64,000 nucleotides of DNA from Phoronis australis (taxonomy: Eukaryota > Animalia > Phoronida): contig NMRA01000046.1 in the NCBI GenBank assembly GCA_002633005.1, positions 933,314-997,313 on the forward strand, given 5' to 3'. Of this stretch, positions 58,001-64,000 are shown piece after piece; positions within the stretch are counted from its first letter, which is position 1; each line of letters begins with the position of its first letter. Both the position numbers and the translations under genes were made by a program. The notes under the pieces were generated by a model, which was given only the letters and a program-made list of their open reading frames with translations, ran no database searches and was not told where the DNA came from.

Positions 58001-61000
58001 GTCTGTGCTGTCTCATAGATGACTTGTATTGCCGTGTGAGTCTGTGCTGTCTCATAGATGACTTGTATTGCCGTGTCAGTCTGTGCTGTCTCATAGATGA
58101 CTTGTATTGCCGTGTCAGTCTGTGCTGTCTCATAGATGACTTGTATTGCCATTAAGTTGTCATCACAATGAAGAGGCTGTATTCACAATGAAAAATCTAT
58201 GATGGAAACTTTTCATTGCACTGAAATATTGTTAACATTATCAGTGCCTCTTTAAACACTACGTCGTGAATTTACTTCAATAGTTACATTCAACTACCCT
58301 AATGGTTACATTCCGACTATCTTTTGCTCAGTGCTTTCTTATTTCTGATGATGTGTATCAAATTTACTCCTAAGGGATCAAAAAATTTTTTGATCCTGTT
58401 ATAAATCATTTGTTTAGAATGTGTTGTTGTAATAACATTGTGTTACATGCATATGCATGTGAATTGTTATAAAATAAATGCAAAAGTGTGACGCAGATTG
58501 TGTTTATTAATCTTCCTCTTTTCAGATGTTGGACACGCTTTTGACGACGTTGATCCGTGAGATGCAAAATGACAACCAAGAAGGTCGTAAGGTCGAGGCC
58601 AAGTTGGTGGCCAGGGTGTTCATTCGTTCTGTTGCGCGTATATTTGTCGTTCTCAGCATAGAGATGGCGCCTTCCAAGACCAAGAAAACCAGGTACAGGA
58701 ACATAATTCAACTTTCAGTTCCTTGGTTTGTACGTGATTTCACTTGCAGTCCAGTTGTAGCTACTGTCACTGAGTGGGGAGCCAGAAACTTAGAGTATTG
58801 TGAATCCTGTAGTCCAGAATTCCAGATTGTACCCCCTGGTGAAACAACAACACTTGCACGTATGTGAGGTTTTTTATGTCCATTGACAATAAATGTCTTC
58901 CTTGCTGCTGAATTAGCAATAATTACCTACGGTTTGTGAATGTAATCTACTAGAAAGCAAGTTTTAGATTAATGTGCAATTTTAATTATTTACTATTTAC
59001 TTACTGCAATGAGTCACAGTTGATGTATGCAGTACTCAACCACTGGTGTAGTTGAAGCTCAAAACAACCAGAGACATTTGTTAATAGTTGTTGTCATTCA
59101 GTACTCAACCACTGGTTTAGTTGAAGCTAAAACAACCAGAGACATCTGTTGATAGTTGTTGTCATTCAGTACTCAACCACTGGTGTAGTTGAAGCTCAAA
59201 ACAACCAGAGACATTTGTTAATAGTTGTTGTCATTCAGTACTCAACCACTGGTTTAGTTGAAGATAAAACAACCAGAGACATCTGTTGATAGTTGTTGTC
59301 ATTCAGTACTCAAGCACTGGTGTAGTTGAAGCTCAGAACAGCCAGAGACATCTGTTGATAGTTGTTGTCATTCTAGCTGTTTGTGACTCTTGCAGTTCCA
59401 ACATAGTGCAGCCCCGTATGAAGTGTCGTCGAGCATTCCAGGCTCTCATCAACATTGCCCTAGAGGAGCTGTGTGAGATTGCCAACTCCCTGATCACCCC
59501 CGTCAGAATGGGTGTGGCCCGACCAACTGCACCTTTTAGTTTGGTAGCCACAAACCAGGATGCACTACAGGTAGAGGGCGCAGAGTGTGGCCATGAAGTG
59601 GCGAGTGGTTTTGAGGAAATTGCTAATAAATGTGTAGATGATATAACTGGTGCCATATATCTTGTAACGCAAATCACGCTCTTGGTTTTTCATATTTACT
59701 TGTTAAGATGCCAGGCTGTGCAATTCCCACCCATCAGTTTGCATGTCAAATGCAACTATTACAGAGCAAAGAAAATGGAAGTTGTTCAACATTCCCTCTG
59801 TTCTTAATTTTGGATAATCGAAAAATGTTGTTTGCTTAATATAGGGAAGTGAAGATGTGTTCAGTATCGACCCCCTTCCCCCCCGGCCTGCCTCCACAGA
59901 GGTGGCAGAAGAAGAGACAGGATTTGTGCCTTCTTTAAGACTGACCAGTGATAGAGGTACTACTGCCAGGGAGGATGCACAGGCAGCAAATGACATGGTG
60001 AGGGCATTAGACTGTTTCAACAATTGAATAAGAACACTGGTTACTGGGGAAAAACTAGAGCATGTATTGTTATTGGGGTTTTCATTATGTTGAGTGTGCT
60101 GTTAATACAGCGCACTCGGACTGGAGTTGCAAACACATTCATTCCCAACCAATAGACGTCAGTGCTGTTGTACGTGTACTGTTTGCCACTTGCGTATTAC
60201 AGATTGGCCTTGGTGGAGACCACATGGACCATCAAAACCTTGAACTGGCTGATAACCAGCAAAACCAGGCAGGCGACCATGATCAAGGTAGGCAGACCTG
60301 ACTAATTGCTCTTAGATGTATCTGGTGAGGTGTTCATTGAGACAGCTCTAGTTCATTGTGACAGCCCTAGTTCATTGAGACAGCCCTAGTTCATTGAGAC
60401 AGCCCTAGTTCATTTGAGACAGCCCTAGTTCATTGAGACGGCCCTAGTTCATTGAGACAGCCCTAGTTCATTGAGACAGCCCTAGTTCATTTGAGACAGC
60501 CCTAGTTCATTTGAGACAGCCCTAGTTCATTGAGACGGCCCTAGTTCATTGAGACGGCCCTAGTTCATTGAGACGGTCCTAGGTCATTGAGACGGTTCTA
60601 GTTCATTGAGACGGCCCTAGTTCATTGAGACCGCTCTCATGTGTATCCAGTCAAGTGTTCATTGAGACAACTTTTACATGTATTTGGTCAAGTGTTCATT
60701 GAACTGACTCTTGCATGTATCTGGTCAAATGTTCATTGAGACAACTCTTATATGTATCTGGTCAGGTTTTCATTGAGATGGCTGTTACATGTATCTGGTC
60801 AAGAGAACTCACATGTATCTCTTATCTGATTATTGTTATTGTTGTCATTATGCTTATTATTATTGTATTTATTTATGATACTCTTATCACTGTTTATTGT
60901 TTTTCTTGTATTAATTACAAACAATTGGCTTAGTATCAATATACAGTACATGCCGAAAAAAAACGGGCAAAACAATTTCCCCACCATGACAGTCATTTCT

Positions 61001-63618
61001 GCCTGCACATTTTTTGGCTCATTCCACCTGAAATGACAGTAATGAGCCATTATTTCTTGTCATATTGGGTGCAATATCTTCTCACAATTAAATTGGCCCT
61101 TTCTATATCCGCAAATTACATAATTCCAGTGTACTGGTGTAATGTAATGATCGGCTTCTTGTCAACTTGTTATCATACAAAACGTCTTTATTGTCTTTTG
61201 TGTTACAATTCTGATACCACAGTGAAAGTTTTGCCATCTTCCATTGGTCAAACGGTGTGGTTTAAGCTCCGAATGTTAATGCGCTACGTCCAGCCAATGT
61301 ATTTAAAGTTTTGAGTTGCAAGAATAGCCTATTTGCAAAGTGTGCATGGAATAGTTGCCTGTTATTACTATTTTTATGCGATTATTTTAAAAGCTGGGCC
61401 ACACTGAAATCTCGCTTCTCTTTTCCATTGCTTCTGAATTTGAAGAGCCTTGACTCTCATGTGGTAATAGTTGCTGCATCTTTATTAAATATTATGAGGT
61501 TTGTTTACAGCTTGATTAGATAATAACTGAACCTTCAGTGAAAAGAGTTTCCACTTTGTGGAAAATTCTCCATTGTACCCCATCATGGTGTACAGCTGTT
61601 ATGAAGGTCACTTTCACTCTACCATCATGACTGGAAATTGCATTAGGGCTGAGTGGTCATAATGGAGGAATAATGTGCCATTACTTTTGGTGTGTACTGT
61701 GTTGACATGTGTTGAAGATGACACTGTCCTGTTTACACACCTATTGTTGATGTGGCTTTAGGTGGTAATGAGAGTGACATGGACCTTGACTTACTGGCTG
61801 AGTCAGACAGTGACAGTGAAAGTGAACACAGTCACCATGACGATGCTGTTAGCGTTCAGAGGAGTGCTGTAACTGCGGCAACTGCAGGCTCTGATCCAGG
61901 TAACCTTGTTAGTGTGTGTGTGGATGTGGTATTCGGTATTATGTGTGTCTATAGTTAAGTTAAAAGCTTTTGTTTATACTTAATTAGAAAAAAATTCTCA
62001 CTTTTTAGTCTTGTTGAAAATATGTTACAATACATTTCTGTTGTATGTTGTACGCATTGGTTTGTTCAAGGCAAGAATTTTCTTTCTGAAAATGTTAAGC
62101 AAACTTTGATCTGCACTTAATTCTCATCATTGTCTCAAGAATAAATGGAGAAATATGAGTGATTGTTTCATGTCTCATTCTCTAAATGATAGTGTTACAT
62201 ACAGTGTTTTACTGGTCTTTCTGTATTTATAACTTTAGTTAAATCAATTCTGAAGGTATTAAATTCAGTGAAATGTTGTAGCTTTATGTAAACAGAGGGG
62301 GCATACTAATCTTTTGAGCTTACGTGCTTTGGCAGGTTTAAGCAGTTTGGCCTACTTCTCAGAAGATGAAGGTGAATCGTCCAATCAGGAGGAGGAAATT
62401 GAGAGTGAGCCTGAGACTGAAGCAGATACTGATGACTTGAACCAGCTGTTTGATGAACAACTAGAGCGTCGCAGTACAGGGCAGGGGATGAGGACTGTAC
62501 AGGCACCTCATGCCATGCAGTGGGCCATCAGACAGAGGGAGCCACCTACCAGGACACCAGTGTCCACAACGGTTACAACAAGTGAGTGGGGGTATTGAGG
62601 CCACAATTCAAGCAAAGGTGTTTTAGAATCTTTATCAACTTTCTTGAAAAATTGTACTGCAAAGGAGAAAGCAGAGAGTCCAGATAGCACTTTAGATATC
62701 AAAGTCCTTTCTATGACGTCATTACATCAAAATGCATGTATCAAAAAACTGAAATGTTCGTCTTCTAAGACCCGCTATTTATGGCAAGGTTTATGCGGTG
62801 TACATGTGCGCTGTTTCGTTTATCCTTTGTTTTGAATTTTGACATCCTGTTAATGACAGTATCACTTCTCACAAAACTAACCAATTGGTCATTTGTTCAT
62901 AGCAAGCCTTTTCTGAAAATGTCAATCAGATGGAATGCAACAGGTTGACAGACACGATGACTGACACACAAACGAACCAAATTGTAACCTTTGCCCTATT
63001 TAGCACAGACTTTGACTTTTTGAATATTCTTTACCTTCACTTTGCTGTGTTGGTCAACATTAGTTAGGATTTTGTTGATTTTCATGTTGAAGGTCTAATT
63101 GTCTTGTTGTTACTGTGACTTCTTTGACTCTGATGTGATATTGGTGACTGGTGACGCTATTGCTGCACCTCACTGATTTCATTCAATCTCGATACGGTGA
63201 GGACTTGATGTTACAAGAGGTTACTGATCTACATACTATAGGAAAGTATCAACCGAGCAATTCACTAGTATGCTCCAGTTAAACCATCTTTTTATCTGAT
63301 CTCTGCATATTAACAGTTCCTGAATTACCATACCGTTGCTGACCTTCTGTCCTTGCAGGTGGTAACTCTACTGGCCTTATCTACATCGACTCCACGTCTA
63401 TGAGGCGTGGCGCTGCTGCAGTCAACACCACATCAGTCTCATCCAATCATGACACCGCCCTGACCATGATGACTACTGCCAGTCAACTGGCACGGGCATT
63501 CTCCTTGGTAATACGACAAGTAGCTGATCTGCTCACCATGCTGCAGGATTATAGCTCCCTCGCACCAAACTTGGCCAGAGTGCTGGAAGTCTCCTATCAA
63601 GAGGCAATGGATATTGAG
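31033..63618 (+). CDS. UBR5: E3 ubiquitin-protein ligase UBR5/hyperplastic discs, 3'-partial (34 coding exons seen; MLLE and HECT domains lie beyond the window)
   Basis: N-terminus [24 protein letters not shown] domain [47 protein letters not shown]-box [54 protein letters not shown]. Also EPPRF and [16 protein letters not shown]. All exon phases join. Confidence 0.97.
32343..33628 (+). repeat. Two diverged ~290-bp direct repeats (32343-32632, 33345-33628)
   Basis: Shared blocks AAGGTTTTCAAA.TTAACACTAGGTGT, TTGTGGTAAAATGAAGCCA and ATTGAGGTATCATTCATTG. Confidence 0.7.
33946..34836 (+). mobile_element. Internally deleted Kolobok-like DNA transposon
   Basis: TTAA|GGGC..GCCT|TTAA with about 260-bp TIRs. 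Internal ORF 34213-34635 has a THAP-like start [10 protein letters not shown] and a [21 protein letters not shown] zinc-finger remnant. Confidence 0.8.
35120..35240 (+). CDS. UBR5: UBR5 exon 2
   Basis: [24 protein letters not shown]|gcaagt (GC donor). Confidence 0.9.
35241..35531 (+). other. GC-AG intron in UBR5
   Basis: GAG|GCAAGT donor is needed to join LLFE to DGSICR in frame. Confidence 0.85.
35532..35605 (+). CDS. UBR5: UBR5 exon 3
   Basis: [24 protein letters not shown]. Confidence 0.9.
36187..36484 (+). CDS. UBR5: UBR5 exon 4 (UBA start)
   Basis: G/S-rich stretch then [28 protein letters not shown]. Confidence 0.93.
36713..36812 (+). CDS. UBR5: UBR5 exon 5
   Basis: [16 protein letters not shown]. 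Confidence 0.95.
36965..38202 (+). mobile_element. Helentron/HINE-like element
   Basis: Same termini and core units as 18351-19826. Confidence 0.75.
39442..39579 (+). CDS. UBR5: UBR5 exon 6
   Basis: [24 protein letters not shown]. Confidence 0.93.
40139..40356 (+). CDS. UBR5: UBR5 exon 7
   Basis: [37 protein letters not shown]. Confidence 0.9.
40580..40705. repeat. Minisatellite, 31-bp unit x4
   Basis: CTGTGCAGGGATACGACACTATTCATTTGGG. Confidence 0.9.
40914..41036 (+). CDS. UBR5: UBR5 exon 8
   Basis: [31 protein letters not shown]. Confidence 0.93.
41148..41236. repeat. Minisatellite, 15-bp unit x~6
   Basis: TTACGATCAACATAG. Confidence 0.9.
41720..41860. repeat. Minisatellite, 47-bp unit x3
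   Basis: TACACTTAATAGTAATTCTATTGCAATATATCAATGTAATAGCCAGG. Confidence 0.9.
41882..41992 (+). CDS. UBR5: UBR5 exon 9
   Basis: [37 protein letters not shown]. Confidence 0.92.
42210..42367 (+). CDS. UBR5: UBR5 exon 10
   Basis: [18 protein letters not shown]. Confidence 0.93.
42617..42725 (+). CDS. UBR5: UBR5 exon 11
   Basis: [18 protein letters not shown]. Confidence 0.92.
42873..43036. repeat. Minisatellite, 41-bp unit x4
   Basis: AAGGGCTTAACGTTGGTCTATGATGCAGTGGCCATGCTGTT. Confidence 0.9.
43341..43486 (+). CDS. UBR5: UBR5 exon 12
   Basis: [29 protein letters not shown]. Confidence 0.92.
43939..44093 (+). CDS. UBR5: UBR5 exon 13
   Basis: [14 protein letters not shown]. Confidence 0.92.
44121..44250. 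repeat. Minisatellite, 43-bp unit x3
   Basis: ATTGCATTATTGCTTAGAGTATTGCTAAATAACATCTTTCCTC. Confidence 0.9.
44437..44570 (+). CDS. UBR5: UBR5 exon 14
   Basis: [29 protein letters not shown]. Confidence 0.93.
44561..44730. repeat. Minisatellite, 32-bp unit x5, spanning the UBR5 exon 14 donor
   Basis: AGTGCAAG|GTAGTTATTATACTATGTGATAGT. Confidence 0.93.
45093..45318 (+). CDS. UBR5: UBR5 exon 15
   Basis: [34 protein letters not shown]. Confidence 0.94.
45803..45957 (+). CDS. UBR5: UBR5 exon 16
   Basis: [21 protein letters not shown]. Confidence 0.9.
47110..47295 (+). CDS. UBR5: UBR5 exon 17
   Basis: [28 protein letters not shown]. Confidence 0.94.
48191..48395 (+). CDS. UBR5: UBR5 exon 18
   Basis: [28 protein letters not shown]. 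Confidence 0.92.
48490..49422 (+). mobile_element. Helentron/HINE-like element, diverged
   Basis: CTAGTGGC core units and the same 3' end (AAGCACACCGTTTGCAGTGCA..GTTGCTCTTGT). Confidence 0.65.
49875..50016 (+). CDS. UBR5: UBR5 exon 19
   Basis: [24 protein letters not shown]; phases fit both neighbours. Confidence 0.85.
50475..50620. repeat. Minisatellite, 34-bp unit x~4
   Basis: AACAAGTGATCACCATGCAACACATTATGTTATG. Confidence 0.9.
51426..51559 (+). CDS. UBR5: UBR5 exon 20
   Basis: [15 protein letters not shown]. Confidence 0.88.
52808..53052. repeat. Minisatellite, 49-bp unit x5
   Basis: GGCTTGTTCAACTTGTGTACAATACAGACCAGTAATACTCAGACAAAAT. Confidence 0.93.
53431..53620 (+). CDS. UBR5: UBR5 exon 21
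   Basis: [29 protein letters not shown]. Confidence 0.9.
53871..54180. repeat. Minisatellite, 79-80-bp unit x~4, spanning the UBR5 exon 22 acceptor
   Basis: CATTTCATTCTATACAG|GAATGCAGAGGGCCACACCCCTTCATGCAGG..CTCACCTGT. Confidence 0.95.
54128..54365 (+). CDS. UBR5: UBR5 exon 22
   Basis: [45 protein letters not shown]. Confidence 0.93.
54575..54666 (+). CDS. UBR5: UBR5 exon 23 (UBR box)
   Basis: [31 protein letters not shown]. Confidence 0.96.
55767..55913 (+). CDS. UBR5: UBR5 exon 24
   Basis: [22 protein letters not shown]. Confidence 0.96.
56236..56404. repeat. Minisatellite, 37-bp unit x~4.5, running into the exon 25 acceptor
   Basis: GTATTACTCACCTCGCTGTGTGTAATACTTGCCTGGT. Confidence 0.9.
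56411..56532 (+). CDS. UBR5: UBR5 exon 25
   Basis: [24 protein letters not shown]. Confidence 0.95.
56857..56983 (+). CDS. UBR5: UBR5 exon 26
   Basis: [30 protein letters not shown]. Confidence 0.95.
57813..57918 (+). CDS. UBR5: UBR5 exon 27
   Basis: [18 protein letters not shown]. Confidence 0.93.
57919..58150. repeat. Minisatellite, 39-bp unit x6, starting exactly at the exon 27 donor
   Basis: GTGAGTCTGTGCTGTCTCATAGATGACTTGTATTGCCGT. Confidence 0.95.
58526..58692 (+). CDS. UBR5: UBR5 exon 28
   Basis: [31 protein letters not shown]. Confidence 0.95.
59030..59373. repeat. Minisatellite, 68-69-bp unit x5
   Basis: GTACTCAACCACTGGTGTAGTTGAAGCTCAAAACAACCAGAGACATTTGTTAATAGTTGTTGTCATTCA. Confidence 0.93.
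59396..59570 (+). CDS. UBR5: UBR5 exon 29
   Basis: [36 protein letters not shown]. Confidence 0.95.
59845..59997 (+). CDS. UBR5: UBR5 exon 30
   Basis: [15 protein letters not shown]. Confidence 0.92.
60203..60287 (+). CDS. UBR5: UBR5 exon 31
   Basis: [28 protein letters not shown]; phases fit. Confidence 0.8.
60331..60810. repeat. Minisatellite, ~19-20-bp unit grading into a longer ~36-bp unit
   Basis: GTTCATTGAGACAGCCCTA repeats, then GTTCATTGAGAC..CATGTATCTGGTCAAGT units. Confidence 0.9.
61762..61899 (+). CDS. UBR5: UBR5 exon 32
   Basis: [30 protein letters not shown]. Confidence 0.95.
62336..62581 (+). CDS. UBR5: UBR5 exon 33
   Basis: [28 protein letters not shown]. Confidence 0.93.
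63359..63618 (+). CDS. UBR5: UBR5 exon 34
   Basis: [29 protein letters not shown]. Confidence 0.94.
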
Positions 63619-63780
63619 GTATGTTTAGTTATAATTAAACACTGATTCAATGAGTGCACATGAACAGGTGCACAGCTGTCACATTTGTAGAGAATAAAGT
63701 GATGAAAATGGGATTCTTTCATTCCTGACATTTGATTATTCTAAATGGTCAAACCACAAATCCCCTCTTTAGTAAACTTA

Positions 63781-64000
63781 CCGTAAACGTTCGGGTAAAC
63801 GCCCATGCTCAGTTAACCGCCCACCCCCTACTTTAGGTGGATTTTCGATTTAACCGCCCACTGCTCGGTTAAGCGCCCCCCTGCGATTTTTGAAGATTTC
63901 CAGTTAAGCGCCCACCTCTCGGTTAAGCGCCCATCCCCGACTTTTAAAGAATGAAGATTTAGCGCCCAGTGCTAAGGAAACGTGCGATTTCCCGACTTTT
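63781..64000 (+). mobile_element. Tc2/pogo-like MITE, left end (runs off window)
   Basis: TA|CCGTAAACG terminus, repeated TTAA(C/G)CGCCC subterminal motifs, CpG-rich. Confidence 0.7.

Noticed and set aside
57855-58152. Minus-strand repetitive ORFs
   Set aside because: By-products of the 39-bp array, antisense to UBR5.
56569-58285. ~50-bp similarity (TAACATTATCAGTGCCT..AAACACT) in two UBR5 introns, considered as paralogous snoRNAs
   Set aside because: No well-placed C/D or H/ACA boxes; more likely a small dispersed repeat fragment.

Overview
Intron-rich animal (invertebrate-type) genomic DNA, not prokaryotic. It holds three spliced housekeeping genes. PCYT2 (ethanolamine-phosphate cytidylyltransferase, + strand) shows its last 10 coding exons at 3712-21158, with the 5' part outside the window. 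COQ7 (- strand, about 28720 to 21509) is convergent with PCYT2, with only 350 bp between the stop codons. UBR5/hyd (HECT E3 ligase, + strand) is divergent from COQ7 and shows 34 coding exons at 31033-63618, continuing past the window. All exon chains were checked by hand for splice sites and phase. Introns carry non-autonomous DNA transposons (hAT-like with a 5-bp TSD, Kolobok-like, a MULE-like element nested in a Tc2-like MITE, TA-TSD MITEs), Helentron/HINE-like repeats with arrays of CTCF-like motifs, a decayed LINE and many minisatellites. The most striking pattern is that several unrelated minisatellites start on or span exon-intron junctions and multiply donor or acceptor sites into tandem decoy arrays. 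Also present: a U12-type intron containing a fold-back MITE, a GC-AG intron, and an exon beginning CAG|GTAAGT (recursive-splice-site configuration).
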